DNA of 64,000 nucleotides. Source: an uncultured Gemmatimonadota bacterium (lineage in GTDB: Bacteria > SM23-81 > DAOVCL01). Location: contig CAZVGK010000013.1 in assembly GCA_964626665.1 (NCBI GenBank), positions 1 through 64,000 of the forward strand. The letters are read 5' to 3'. A model generated the notes under the pieces. That model worked only from the letters and a program-made list of their open reading frames with translations. It did not search any database and was not told the origin of the DNA. This document shows positions 29,883-40,231 of this stretch, one piece after another. Numbering within the stretch: position 1 is the first letter of the stretch; every line of letters begins with the position of its first letter. The translations under genes and the position numbers were made by a program.

Positions 29883-31174
29883 GCTGGCTTGACGATTATA
29901 AGAGCAAACTCTCATCCGCGGAGGAGGCAGTGTCCCTGGTAAAAAGTGGGGACAGGGTTTATATGAGCGGCAATGCTGCTGTCCCCTATCAGTTGGTGGA
30001 GGCACTGGCGGATCGGAAGGATGAGCTGCAGGAGGTGGAGATAACCCATGTCCTTTTGCTGGGTGAGGATCCCCTTTCCGGGCCTGGGATGGAGGGCCAT
30101 TTTAGGCACAATTCACTTTTCGTCGGCCCCGGGGATAGAGCAGCCGTAAATGAGGGGCGTGCCGACTATATCCCCGTATTCTTGTATGAAATCCCAGACC
30201 TATTTTACTCAGGCCTTATGCAGCTTGATATAGCGTTTGTGCACCTCTCTCCCCCTGATGAGCATGGGTTTATGAGCTTTGGGGTTGAGTGTCTGGTCTC
30301 CAAGGCGGCAACCGAGTGTGCGAAGGTAGTTATCGCTGAGGTCAACGATAAGATGCCCAGGACGTTGGGGGATTCCTTCATCCATGTCTCTCAGGTGGAT
30401 AAGATAGTGGATGTCTCCCGTGATTTGCCTGAACTTGAACTCAAGGAATTCACCGCAATAGAGAAGAAGATAGGTGAGTATATTGCGGAGATAGTTGAGG
30501 ATGGTTCCACTCTGCAGCTCGGTATAGGGGGCATCCCAAATGCTGCCCTCAAGGCGGTGGAGGGGAAAAGGGACTTGGGAGTTCATACGGAGATGGTCTC
30601 CGATGGTATTGTGGAAGCCATTGAGGCGGGGACTGTAACTGGCGCAAAGAAGACCTTACATCCCTACAAGGTGGTGGCCACCTTCCTCTTGGGATCAAGG
30701 AAAGTGTATGAATATGCCCACAATAACCCCATATTTGAATTCCATCCGGCAAACTATACGAACCACCCCTTTGTCATCTCCCAAAATGAACATATGGTGG
30801 CCATAAACTCGGCCATAGAGGTTGACCTCACCGGCCAGATTTGTGCGGACTCCATTGGCTTCAAAATATATTCTGGTTTTGGTGGTCAAGTTGACTTCAT
30901 CCGAGGTGCCGCTCAATCGAAAGGGGGGAAACCGATAATTGCTCTACCAGCGACGGCAAAAGGGGGTGAGGTATCCAGAATAGTCCCCTGGCTTAAACAG
31001 GGGGCAGGGGTGGTGACGACCAGGGCGGATGTCCACTGGGTGGTTACCGAATATGGCATTGCCTATCTACATGGGAAGAATTTAAGGGAGAGAGTTAATG
31101 CCCTCATTGCCGTCGCTCATCCCCAGTTTAGACCTTGGTTGGAGGAGGAGGCGAGAAAGAGAAAGCTTATTTGA
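29879..31174 (+). CDS. Acetyl-CoA hydrolase/transferase family (4-hydroxybutyrate CoA-transferase-like)
   Basis: LQLGIGGIP, HTEM, SGFGGQVDFIRGA, VVTEYG. Confidence 0.92.
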   Translation: MSWLDDYKSKLSSAEEAVSLVKSGDRVYMSGNAAVPYQLVEALADRKDELQEVEITHVLLLGEDPLSGPGMEGHFRHNSLFVGPGDRAAVNEGRADYIPVFLYEIPDLFYSGLMQLDIAFVHLSPPDEHGFMSFGVECLVSKAATECAKVVIAEVNDKMPRTLGDSFIHVSQVDKIVDVSRDLPELELKEFTAIEKKIGEYIAEIVEDGSTLQLGIGGIPNAALKAVEGKRDLGVHTEMVSDGIVEAIEAGTVTGAKKTLHPYKVVATFLLGSRKVYEYAHNNPIFEFHPANYTNHPFVISQNEHMVAINSAIEVDLTGQICADSIGFKIYSGFGGQVDFIRGAAQSKGGKPIIALPATAKGGEVSRIVPWLKQGAGVVTTRADVHWVVTEYGIAYLHGKNLRERVNALIAVAHPQFRPWLEEEARKRKLI

Positions 31175-31210
31175 AGCAGGTCAATCGTGAGTGGGAAATG
31201 GAGTGAGCCA

Positions 31211-31603
31211 ATGAAACTCGATCACATTGGGATTGTAACGGCGAATATTGAGGAGGGGACCAAGATCTGGGAGGGGCTTTTGGGGTTCCATCCCATAGAA
31301 GTTACCGAGGTGGAGGCGCAAAAGCTCAAGGTGGCCACCTTTGATGCGGGTGGTGTGGGGGTTGAGCTCCTTCAACCCCTTGGTGAGGGGAGCCCGGTAA
31401 GCAAGTTTTTAGCCACCAGGGGGGAAGGTCTTCACCATATTTGCTTCCAGGTGGAGGATATTGCGGCAACCATCACTAAGTTGAGGGGAGAAGGGGTGGT
31501 GATGATAGATGAATCCCCCCGGCCTGGTGTAACAGCTAAGAAGATTGCTTTTCTCCATCCCCGGAGTATGGGTGGGGTGCTCATCGAGCTGTCTGAGAAA
31601 TGA
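31211..31603 (+). CDS. mce: Methylmalonyl-CoA epimerase
   Basis: LDHIGI, GEGLHHICF, FLHPRSMGGVLIEL. Confidence 0.92.
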   Translation: MKLDHIGIVTANIEEGTKIWEGLLGFHPIEVTEVEAQKLKVATFDAGGVGVELLQPLGEGSPVSKFLATRGEGLHHICFQVEDIAATITKLRGEGVVMIDESPRPGVTAKKIAFLHPRSMGGVLIELSEK

Positions 31604-32181
31604 TGGATCTCTATGAAGCCATAAAGGGGAGAAGGAGCGTTAGACAGTTTAAGGAGGATGTTGTCCCAGAGGAGCTGATAGAGAGAATTTTGCAGATTGC
31701 TATGTGGGCACCTTCCGGGATGAATCAACAGAACTGGTACTTTGTGGTGGTGAAGGGGGAACAGTTAAGAAGGTTGAGGCAGTTAAGCAAACAGGCATTT
31801 GATAAACACATAAAAGGGGTAGTCTCCTTGGTTTTCCATGGCAATCCCGCGATATTGGAGGATACCAGGCGGTTCTTCTCCACCTTAGGCAATGCGCCGG
31901 TGGCTATCTCTGTTTACAGGGCAGAGACCCCCGAAGGCGATCTTACCGATATCCAATCGGTGGCCGCAGCAATCCAAAATCTGTTGCTTGCTGCGTATGC
32001 AGAGGGATTAGGAGCATGTTGGATGACTGGTCCCCTCCCCTTAGAGGAGGAAATAAACGAATTGCTTGGTGTGCAAGGCAAGCGGTTACAAGCTCTTATC
32101 CCATTAGGTTATTCAGTCTCCTTCCCCCCAGCACCTCAGAGGAGAGGGGGAAAGATAAAGTGGTTAAGAAAGGGGGAATAA
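31600..32181 (+). CDS. Nitroreductase family protein
   Basis: RRSVRQF, APSGMNQQNW, QNLLLAAYAEGLGACW. Confidence 0.9.
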   Translation: MMDLYEAIKGRRSVRQFKEDVVPEELIERILQIAMWAPSGMNQQNWYFVVVKGEQLRRLRQLSKQAFDKHIKGVVSLVFHGNPAILEDTRRFFSTLGNAPVAISVYRAETPEGDLTDIQSVAAAIQNLLLAAYAEGLGACWMTGPLPLEEEINELLGVQGKRLQALIPLGYSVSFPPAPQRRGGKIKWLRKGE

Positions 32182-33350
32182 TGGAAATAGATACGAAAGT
32201 GGTTCATGGTGGCCAGAAACCCGATGCGGTTACGGGGGCTCTTACGCCACCCATATACCAGACCTCCACTTTTGCCTTCAAAGATGCCGAGCATGGGGCA
32301 AGGCTGTTTAAGGGGGAAGAGGAGGGGTATATCTATACACGAGTGGGGAATCCTACCATTGATCTCCTGGCCAAGAAGATAGCTCTCTTGGAATCTGCCG
32401 AGGCAGGCGAGATCTTTGGCTCAGGGTTAGCGGCGATATTCTCCACGATAATAGCCTTGGCTGGTAGTGGGGACAATGTAGTATCTGATGACACGATCTA
32501 TGGGGGCACCTACTCTCAGTTTACTCAAGTGCTCCCCAGATTGGGCATAAGTGTCACCTTCTTAGATGCCACCAACCTCTCTCGGGTGGAGAAGGCAATC
32601 AAGGGGAATACTAAGCTTATCTATACTGAAACGCCAGCCAATCCCACTTTAAAGATAATAGACATCGCTGGCTGTGCCCAGATCGCTCACCAACACAAAA
32701 TCCCGCTAGTGGTGGACAACACATTTGCCACCCCTTACCTCCAGCGGCCAATTGAGCTTGGCGCCGACATAGTAGTGCATTCGCTGACCAAGTATTTAGG
32801 GGGCCACGGCGACCTCATTGGAGGTGTTACGGTGGGAGAGGGCGAGTTCATCAAGGAACTCAAGGCGGAAACGGCCACCGAGGTGGGGGCGTCGATCTCC
32901 CCATTCAATGCCTGGCTTACCCTCAGGGGATTGAAGACCCTCGCTGTGCGCATGGAGAGGCACTCGGTCAATGCCCTGCAAGTGGCCCAGTTCCTCCAAA
33001 TCAACCCCAAGGTAGAGAGGATTTACTATCCTGGTTTGAGCTCACATCCTGGGTATGAACTTGCCAAGCGGCAGATGAGCAGATTCGGCGGGATGTTAGG
33101 GTTCGATGTGAAGGGGGGGAGAGAGGCAGGCCAGACCTTGATGAACAAGGTTAAACTCTGCACATTGGCAGTTAGCCTTGGTGATGCGGATACCTTGATA
33201 GAGCACCCGGCGAGTATGACCCACTCCACTTACACGGAAGAGGAGTGTTTAAATGTAGGCATAAAGCCAGGCTTTGTGAGAATTTCTGTTGGCTTAGAGG
33301 ATCCCAAGGACATAATTGCAGACTTGGACCAGGCCCTTAAGGCCATATAA
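32181..33350 (+). CDS. mgl: Methionine gamma-lyase-like PLP enzyme
   Basis: [51 protein letters not shown]. Confidence 0.75.
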   Translation: MEIDTKVVHGGQKPDAVTGALTPPIYQTSTFAFKDAEHGARLFKGEEEGYIYTRVGNPTIDLLAKKIALLESAEAGEIFGSGLAAIFSTIIALAGSGDNVVSDDTIYGGTYSQFTQVLPRLGISVTFLDATNLSRVEKAIKGNTKLIYTETPANPTLKIIDIAGCAQIAHQHKIPLVVDNTFATPYLQRPIELGADIVVHSLTKYLGGHGDLIGGVTVGEGEFIKELKAETATEVGASISPFNAWLTLRGLKTLAVRMERHSVNALQVAQFLQINPKVERIYYPGLSSHPGYELAKRQMSRFGGMLGFDVKGGREAGQTLMNKVKLCTLAVSLGDADTLIEHPASMTHSTYTEEECLNVGIKPGFVRISVGLEDPKDIIADLDQALKAI

Positions 33351-33376
33351 GGCAGCGTTCATATAAAGGGGGTGAG

Positions 33377-34423
33377 ATGGTTGGTATAGTAGGATATGGA
33401 TCATACCTTCCCAGGTATAGGATAAAAGTGGAGGAGATTGCTCACCAATGGGGAGCGGACCCAGAGGGCATAAAAAGGGGGCTTCTCTTAAGGGAGAAGA
33501 CCGTTCCCGCCCCTGATGAAGATGCGATCACCATTGCAGTTGAGGCCTCCAGGAATGCTCTTAAACGGGCCGGTATAAAGCCAAGTGAAATAGGCGCTGT
33601 CTATGTGGGTTCGGAATCCCATCCTTATGCAGTAAAGCCCTCAGGCACAATCGTCGCTGAGGCCCTGGGGATAACCCCTGAGGTCCATATTGCCGACTAC
33701 GAGTTTGCCTGTAAGGCAGGGACTGAGGCTATGTGGGTGGGGCAGGGCTTGGTGAAAGCAGGGGAGGTCAAGTACGCCTTATCGGTGGGTGCGGACACAT
33801 CCCAGGGAGCACCTGGGGATGCCCTGGAATACTCGGCATCAGCCGGGGGATCAGCCTTTATCTTTGGCCAAACCGGGGTGGTGGCAGAGGTTGTCGCCAC
33901 TTACTCCTATGCCACCGATACCGCCGACTTCTGGAGGCGGGAGGGTGCCTTCTATCCCCGCCATGGAGGCAGGTTTACCGGTGAGCCCGCCTATTTCAAG
34001 CATATCTTGGGTGCGGCCAGGGGGATTATGCAAAAGGCCGGCCTTAAACCTGCCGATTTCGCTTATGCCGTCTTCCATATGCCCAATGGCAAGTTCCCGT
34101 TAACTGCGGGCAAGAGGCTTGGTTTTTCCCAGGAGCAGCTTGACCCTGGTTGGGTAGTGCCGTTGATGGGGAACACCTACTCAGGCTCATCACCAACCGG
34201 TTTGTCTGCTACCCTCGATGTGGCCAAGCCAGGTGACTTTATCTTACTCACCTCATTTGGCTCGGGCGCAGGTAGCGATGCATTTGTCTTCAAGGTTACG
34301 GAGAGAATCGAGGAGGTAAGGAACAGGGCGATGAAAGTGAGGGAGCTTTTGGAGGATAGCCCGATATATTTAGATTATGGTCTCTACGCCAAATTTAGGG
34401 GGAAGATAATTATGAATAGATAG
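33377..34423 (+). CDS. Hydroxymethylglutaryl-CoA synthase, archaeal type
   Basis: [36 protein letters not shown]. Confidence 0.9.
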   Translation: MVGIVGYGSYLPRYRIKVEEIAHQWGADPEGIKRGLLLREKTVPAPDEDAITIAVEASRNALKRAGIKPSEIGAVYVGSESHPYAVKPSGTIVAEALGITPEVHIADYEFACKAGTEAMWVGQGLVKAGEVKYALSVGADTSQGAPGDALEYSASAGGSAFIFGQTGVVAEVVATYSYATDTADFWRREGAFYPRHGGRFTGEPAYFKHILGAARGIMQKAGLKPADFAYAVFHMPNGKFPLTAGKRLGFSQEQLDPGWVVPLMGNTYSGSSPTGLSATLDVAKPGDFILLTSFGSGAGSDAFVFKVTERIEEVRNRAMKVRELLEDSPIYLDYGLYAKFRGKIIMNR

Positions 34424-34632
34424 GCGGGCTCTTAGCTATGAAGACGTAAGTCACTAAGAATATGGGAAATTAACCCGAATTATTAATGGACTGAAGACGA
34501 ATTGACATAACCCTTTCAAGGCTAATGATTTATGTGCTTGTTTTGTAGGGACAGACATTTATGTCTGTCCGCCTCGTGTCTTTGGGGCATGAATAATTAG
34601 GGGTTAGAATCTTAGGAGAAAGCGAGGGGGAA

Positions 34633-35781
34633 ATGAGAGATGTCGCCATTATTGGGGTGGGAATGACAAAGTTTGGGGAGCTATGGGACAGTTCGATCCG
34701 CGATATTTTTGCCGAGGCCGCGCTTAAGGCCATAGCCGATGCTGGGGTTGACCACATAGACTCGATGTATGTGGGCAATATGACCGCTGGTTTGTTTGTG
34801 GGTCAGGAGCACATCGGGGCCCTGATGGCCGACTACTTGGGAGTTGTCCCCATTCCGGCAATAAGGGTTGAGTCCGCCTGTGCCTCTGGGGGGATGGCCT
34901 TACGCCAGGGTCTTATGGAGGTGGCATCTGGGATGAGCGATATTGTCCTTGCCGGAGGGGTGGAGAAGATGTGGGATGGTGTAGATGTGACCTATGCTTT
35001 GGCCACGGCCAGCGACCAGGAGTATGAGGTCTATCAGGGGATGACTTTCCCCGGCCTATATGCAACGATCGCCCGCGCCCATATGCACCGCTACGGGACA
35101 ACGAGGGAACAGCTTGCCTTGGTGGCGGTGAAAAATCACAAAAATGGCTCACTAAACCCCAATGCTCAATATCAGATGGAGATTACGGTTAATACGGTGC
35201 TCAACTCCACTAAGGTGGCAGATCCGCTTACCCTGCTGGATTGTTCCCCGGTGACAGACGGCGCCGCCGCGGTGATACTTTGTCCTCTTGCAGAGGCAAA
35301 GAGATATACTGACCTGCCTGTGAAGATACTTGCCTCCGCAGCGGCCACGGACTATCTGGCTTTACATCAGAGGGAGGACATAATCGCTCTGAAGGCAGTT
35401 AGGGTCTCAGCGGAGAAGGCCTTTAAACAAGCGGGGTTTGGGCCGGAAAAGATCGATGTGGCCGAGGTTCATGATTGTTTCACCATCGCAGAGATATGTG
35501 TAATCGAGGAGATGGGTTTTGCAGAGAGAGGGAAGGGGGGGGAATTTACCGCAAGGGGTTATACAGCCCTCGATGGCAAGATTCCCATTAATCCCTCGGG
35601 GGGCCTCAAGTCCAAGGGGCACCCCGTGGGAGCTACCGGGGTAGCGCAGGCGGTGGAAATAGTGGAGCAACTCCGTGGCGATGCCGGCAAGCGGCAAGTA
35701 AAGGGGGCCAAGATTGGACTTGCCCAAAATATGGGTGGTTCAGGGGCATCGTCAGTGGTTCACATATTTGGAGTTGCTTGA
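34633..35781 (+). CDS. Acetyl-CoA acetyltransferase (archaeal-type thiolase)
   Basis: [28 protein letters not shown]. Confidence 0.9.
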   Translation: MRDVAIIGVGMTKFGELWDSSIRDIFAEAALKAIADAGVDHIDSMYVGNMTAGLFVGQEHIGALMADYLGVVPIPAIRVESACASGGMALRQGLMEVASGMSDIVLAGGVEKMWDGVDVTYALATASDQEYEVYQGMTFPGLYATIARAHMHRYGTTREQLALVAVKNHKNGSLNPNAQYQMEITVNTVLNSTKVADPLTLLDCSPVTDGAAAVILCPLAEAKRYTDLPVKILASAAATDYLALHQREDIIALKAVRVSAEKAFKQAGFGPEKIDVAEVHDCFTIAEICVIEEMGFAERGKGGEFTARGYTALDGKIPINPSGGLKSKGHPVGATGVAQAVEIVEQLRGDAGKRQVKGAKIGLAQNMGGSGASSVVHIFGVA

Positions 35782-36030
35782 GTCATTGCGTAGTTAGGTC
35801 ATTGAGTCTGTAAGTATACGAGAAATTGGCAGAAAGTGAGAAACTTAGTCAGATACAAATGGACGGGCAGGAAGCTGGAGCAGAAGTTGGCCTCATCCTT
35901 ATGAAGCATTGGCTCTAAACTATGTCATCGGAATGATTTCGCTAAACCCTACACCACTTTGACTCAACAACTCAATAAACTCAATAGACTCAACAGATTC
36001 AATGACTCAATAGACTCAACGCACTCAACA
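35778..36030. repeat. Inverted TTGAGTC/GACTCAA arrays around a decayed spacer of about 150 bp
   Basis: Left TTGAGTCATTGCG..ATTGAGTC; right about 8 units of (G/A)ACTCAA ending at RBS GGAGG. Confidence 0.75.
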
Positions 36031-36043
36031 AACGGAGGTTATT

Positions 36044-36451
36044 ATGCCAGTGCCAAGGTATACAAGGGAGATACCCCAAAGATTCAGGCTGGAGGCGAGT
36101 AGGTGCAAATCCTGCGGTAAGATTCTTTTCCCCCCTAGGCCTGTCTGCCCACAATGTGGGTCAAAGGAATTTGAAAAAGTGCGGTTGAGCGATAAGGGGA
36201 AGGTGGTTACCTTCACGGTAATTAGGGTTGCTTCTGAGCAGTTCGCTACCCAGACACCCTATGTGGTAGCTGTGGTGGAGTTGAGTGATGGAGCGCGCAT
36301 AACCACCCAAGTGGTGGACTGCCGGCCGGAGGAGGTAGAGATTGGGAAGTCGGTGCGGCTTGTTTTCCGGAGGGTTCAAGAAGAGGGCAAAACAGGCATC
36401 CTCAATTATGGGTACAAGGGTGTGTTGAGTCAGGACTCATTGAGTCGTTGA
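36044..36451 (+). CDS. DUF35 Zn-ribbon/OB-fold protein
   Basis: CKSCG...PPRPVCPQCGS; OB-fold GKVVTFTVI, PYVVAVVEL. Confidence 0.92.
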   Translation: MPVPRYTREIPQRFRLEASRCKSCGKILFPPRPVCPQCGSKEFEKVRLSDKGKVVTFTVIRVASEQFATQTPYVVAVVELSDGARITTQVVDCRPEEVEIGKSVRLVFRRVQEEGKTGILNYGYKGVLSQDSLSR

Positions 36452-36950
36452 GTCATAGAAATCCTTGGGCCGCCGAGTGATGAAGATCAAAAGATTCGAA
36501 GACATAAAAGCTTGGCAAGGGGCAAGGGATTTGGTCAACAAAATATATAAGGCCATAAGGGGTAATAATGGCTTTTATCGAGATTTCAGGTTCAGGGAAC
36601 AGATACAGGCGGCAGGTATTTCTGTGATGTCTAATATCGCAGAAGGGTTTGCCAGGAGTAGCGACCGTGAGTTTAAAAGGTTCTTATGGATAGCTAAAGG
36701 TTCTCTCGCAGAGGTTCAGAGTCAACTGTGGGTGGCGCTTGATCAAGGGTATGTCACCCAGGATGATTTTGATAGGCTATATGCAAAGGCGGAAGAAGTG
36801 GCCAAGCTAATTTCCGGTTTCATCACCTATCTCCTCGACTCAAAGACCCAACGGACTCAATGACTCAGAACTCAAAGACCCAATAGGCCCAACGGACTCA
36901 GAGACTAAATGACTCAACGACTCAATAGACTCAATGAACTCAACAAACTG
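36424..36950. mobile_element. Four-helix-bundle cassette with inverted TTGAGTC/GACTCAA arrays
   Basis: Left TTGAGTCAGGACTCATTGAGTCGTTGAGTC; right about 12 GAC(T/C)CAA-like units up to ATG 36953. Confidence 0.75.
36480..36863 (+). CDS. Four helix bundle protein
   Basis: IKRFEDIKAWQ, QIQAAGISVMSNIAEGF, FLWIAKGSLAEVQSQL. Confidence 0.93.
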   Translation: MKIKRFEDIKAWQGARDLVNKIYKAIRGNNGFYRDFRFREQIQAAGISVMSNIAEGFARSSDREFKRFLWIAKGSLAEVQSQLWVALDQGYVTQDDFDRLYAKAEEVAKLISGFITYLLDSKTQRTQ

Positions 36951-36952
36951 AG

Positions 36953-38560
36953 ATGTATCGCATAGAATCAAAGATAAATCCAAACAGCCCAGAGTTTAAG
37001 GCGAACAAGGAACATCTGAAAGGGCTGGTTAGAGAGCTTAAGGATAGGCTAAGGGAGGTGAAGGGGGGTGGCCCTCCCAAGATGCATGCAAAGCATAAGG
37101 CCCGGGGTAAGCTGTTTGTCAGGGATAGGCTGAAGTTGCTTTTTGACCCCAATACGCCGTTCCTCGAGTTGTCTCCTCTGGCCAGTTGGGGTATGCATAA
37201 CAATGGGCATCCTGGGGCGGGGATAGTGACGGGGATAGGGGTGATTCATGGGAGGGAGGTTATGGTTGTGGCCAACGATGCCACAGTGAAGGGGGGAACC
37301 TATACCCCTGAGACCATCAAGAAACATATAAGGGCTCAAGAGATAGCTATGGAGAACAGGTTGCCCTGCATATATCTTGTGGATTCAGGGGGGATTTTCC
37401 TCCCCCTGCAAGCCGGGACCTTTCCTGATAAGTATCATTTTGGGCGCATCTTCTACAACCAGGCCCGGATGTCGGCAATGAATATCCCCCAGATCTCCGC
37501 AGTGGTGGGGTTCTGTACTGCTGGTGGGGCATATCAACCAGCGATGAGCGATGAAGTGGTCATTGTTAAAGGAGAGGGGACGATCTATATTGGGGGCCCC
37601 CCTCTGGTTAAGGCGGCAACCGGTGAGGTGGTAACTGCCGAGGAACTTGGTGGTGCAGATGTGCATTGCCGCATATCGGGGGTGGCTGACCATTACGCCG
37701 TAGATGATGCCCACTCTATGGAGATAACAAGGAATATCGTGCAGAATCTATCTCCGCCAAAGAGGTTCGAACTGGGGCGCACCCAACCAGAGGAGCCCGC
37801 ATATGACCCGGAGGAATTATATGGCATAATACCGAAAGGTTTAAAAAAGCCCTTTGATATGCGGGAGGTAATAGCAAGGATTGTTGATAGGAGTGAGTTC
37901 CATGAGTTTAAGGAGTTATATGGGACTTCACTCGTCTGTGGGTTTGCTCGGATTATGGGCTATCCCGTGGGCATACTCGCTAATAATGGAGTGCTCTTCT
38001 CAGAGTCCTCTCAAAAAGGTGCCCACTTCGTCTCTTTGTGTAGTGTGAGAAAGATACCACTTATATTCTTGCAGAATATTACCGGTTTCATTGTCGGTAA
38101 GAAATATGAACACGGTGGAATAGCAAAAGATGGTGCGAAGTTGATCCATGCTGTCGCCAATGCTGATGTGCCCAAATTTACTGTGATTGTCGGTAATTCC
38201 TATGGAGCAGGTAATTATGGTATGTGCGGCAGGGGGTATGACCCCAGACTCCTCTTTATGTGGCCAAATGCCAAGATATGTGTAATGGGTGGGAAACAGG
38301 CGGCTGGTGTGCTTACTGATATCAAGGTAAGGGAACTGAAGAGAAAAGGAGAAAAATTAACTCCAGAAGACATAGAGAGAATAAGAGAACCCATACTCAA
38401 GAAATATGAAGAAGAGTCCAACGCCTATTATTCTACTGCCCGGTTATGGGATGATGGAATAATTGATCCCTTGGATTCTCGTAGTGTGCTGGGACTGGGA
38501 ATATCAATGTCCCTCAATGCTCCCATACCAGATCATAGATTTGGGGTCTTCAGGATGTAA
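36953..38560 (+). CDS. liuB: 3-methylcrotonyl-CoA carboxylase beta subunit
   Basis: [14 protein letters not shown]...[32 protein letters not shown]. Confidence 0.9.
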   Translation: MYRIESKINPNSPEFKANKEHLKGLVRELKDRLREVKGGGPPKMHAKHKARGKLFVRDRLKLLFDPNTPFLELSPLASWGMHNNGHPGAGIVTGIGVIHGREVMVVANDATVKGGTYTPETIKKHIRAQEIAMENRLPCIYLVDSGGIFLPLQAGTFPDKYHFGRIFYNQARMSAMNIPQISAVVGFCTAGGAYQPAMSDEVVIVKGEGTIYIGGPPLVKAATGEVVTAEELGGADVHCRISGVADHYAVDDAHSMEITRNIVQNLSPPKRFELGRTQPEEPAYDPEELYGIIPKGLKKPFDMREVIARIVDRSEFHEFKELYGTSLVCGFARIMGYPVGILANNGVLFSESSQKGAHFVSLCSVRKIPLIFLQNITGFIVGKKYEHGGIAKDGAKLIHAVANADVPKFTVIVGNSYGAGNYGMCGRGYDPRLLFMWPNAKICVMGGKQAAGVLTDIKVRELKRKGEKLTPEDIERIREPILKKYEEESNAYYSTARLWDDGIIDPLDSRSVLGLGISMSLNAPIPDHRFGVFRM

Positions 38561-38568
38561 GGATTTAG

Positions 38569-38673
38569 ATGGAGTTTAATGTAGGAAGGACAGTGAAATA
38601 TTGAATTGATCGGGCAGAATATGATATGGAGACAGCAGAGAGTCTTTTTCGAGCAAGGGAATATCCCTATTCA
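38569..38673 (+). pseudogene. HEPN-domain gene fragment
   Basis: MEFNVGRTVKY*IDRAEYDMETAESLFRAREYPYS is a typical HEPN N-terminus with TGA at a likely Trp; truncated by hairpin repeats. Confidence 0.6.
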
Positions 38674-38806
38674 AACCGAGGTGGCAGAACCCCTGTTCTG
38701 CCCCAGTCAGATCAGGGGATCTGACCACTCAGCTATTGGTCATTCGAAGCCACCGTATGGGTTCTGATGAATAATTCGGGTTAGATGAGGTTAAGGAGGC
38801 ATTTAG

Positions 38807-39124
38807 GTGGTTAAGGCGGGGATTGTAGAAAAAATCAAGAGGTTTATAGAGGTAATTGAAAGGCAAAATATAAAAGTTGCTAAAGCAGTCTTATATGGGT
38901 CACAAGTCAATGGGAAAACATACGAGTACGGCGATATTGATGTTGCTATCGTTTCTGCTGATTTTGGGAATGACCGATATGAGGAGGGCACCAAACTTTT
39001 TGAACTCGCCTACAAGATAGATCCAAGAATAGAGCCAGTTCCAATTTCGCTGAGATCTTATGAGGAAGATACTTGGGTCCCCCTGATTTACGAAATCAGG
39101 ACAAAGTGGGTGGAGATAAGTTAG
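38807..39124 (+). CDS. Minimal nucleotidyltransferase (MNT)
   Basis: LYGS...DIDVAIVS. Confidence 0.85.
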   Translation: MVKAGIVEKIKRFIEVIERQNIKVAKAVLYGSQVNGKTYEYGDIDVAIVSADFGNDRYEEGTKLFELAYKIDPRIEPVPISLRSYEEDTWVPLIYEIRTKWVEIS

Positions 39125-39159
39125 TGCCCGGCATAAGCCAATCAAGAATTGTAACTATC

Positions 39160-39320
39160 TAGTGTCTGTCCGAAAACTACCAAAATTGAAATATTTCCGT
39201 CATTGCGAGCGACTGAAAGGAGCGAAGCAATCTCCTGGAAATAAAAAGATTGCTTCGTCGTTCGTTCCTCACTCCTCCCAATGACATTTCCCTCAAAACT
39301 GGAATTCCGGACAGACACTA
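39160..39320. mobile_element. MITE with 13-bp TIRs carrying a GTCATTGCGAG palindrome
   Basis: TAGTGTCTGTCCG ... CGGACAGACACTA. Confidence 0.75.
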
Positions 39321-39451
39321 TCTATAGAGTTCGGGGGATAGGGATGAGGCTGGCTAACCTTAGATCAAGGGGAGTGAAGGCTCGTTTGGGTTTTACATAG
39401 GTTCTGAAGCATGGGTAGGGATTGCTACATAACCGAAGGGGGAGCGCGCAA

Positions 39452-40231
39452 TTGGAAACTATACTCTACACAATAGATGGGTTGGTGGCCAGGATTACCT
39501 TTAATAGGCCAGCGGTGCATAACGCCTTCAATGACCAGATGATTCAGGAGTTAACTGATGTTTTTGCCGAGATCAAGGGGCGGGAAGATGTGCGGATCGT
39601 CGTTTTGACCGGAGAGGGGAAGTCGTTCTCTGCAGGGGCGGATATAAATTGGATGCGTAAAGTCAAAGATTATTCGTTTGAAGAGAATGTTAAAAACTCG
39701 CTTAAGCTCGCCGATTTGTTTTATCTCATTTACTCTTTGCCAAAGCCAACGATTGCCCGGGTTAATGGGGCAGCTATCGGAGGGGGGACCGGATTGGTGG
39801 CCGTTTGCGACATCGCTATCGCCTCATCGGCCGCCAAGTTTAGTTTTTCCGAGGTAAAGCTGGGGCTTGTCCCTGCCGCCATATCACCTTATGTAATAAA
39901 GAAATGTGGTGAAGGGAGGACCAGGGAGTTCTTTCTGACCGGGGAGAGGCTCTCTCCGGAGAGAGCCTTGCTTGCTGGGCTCGTCAACCAAGTGGTTCCC
40001 CCGCAAGAACTTGATAAGGCGGTGGATGACTTAGTAAACCAACTGCTTTCCAGTGGACCTCAGGCCACAGGGATATGCAAGGACCTTCTCAGGGATGTGC
40101 CCAAATTAAGCCTTGAGGAGGCAAGGGGGTATACGGCACGGGTGCTTGCTGGCTTAAGGATATCTGATGAAGGCCAAGAGGGGACGATGGCGTTCCTGGA
40201 GAAGAGAAAGCCAAATTGGAGCTCTGAATGA
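39452..40231 (+). CDS. liuC: Enoyl-CoA hydratase, methylglutaconyl-CoA hydratase-like
   Basis: NRPAVHNAF, AGADINWM, FSEVKLGLVPAAISPYV; lies between the MCC subunits. Confidence 0.8.
   Translation: METILYTIDGLVARITFNRPAVHNAFNDQMIQELTDVFAEIKGREDVRIVVLTGEGKSFSAGADINWMRKVKDYSFEENVKNSLKLADLFYLIYSLPKPTIARVNGAAIGGGTGLVAVCDIAIASSAAKFSFSEVKLGLVPAAISPYVIKKCGEGRTREFFLTGERLSPERALLAGLVNQVVPPQELDKAVDDLVNQLLSSGPQATGICKDLLRDVPKLSLEEARGYTARVLAGLRISDEGQEGTMAFLEKRKPNWSSE

Noticed and set aside
36480-36863. 23S rRNA intervening sequence
   Set aside because: No rRNA sequence flanks any bundle gene, and no rRNA or tRNA was recognised in the window.
35960-36950. CRISPR array
   Set aside because: The units are 8-9 bp, tandem and degenerate, with no unique spacers and no cas genes.
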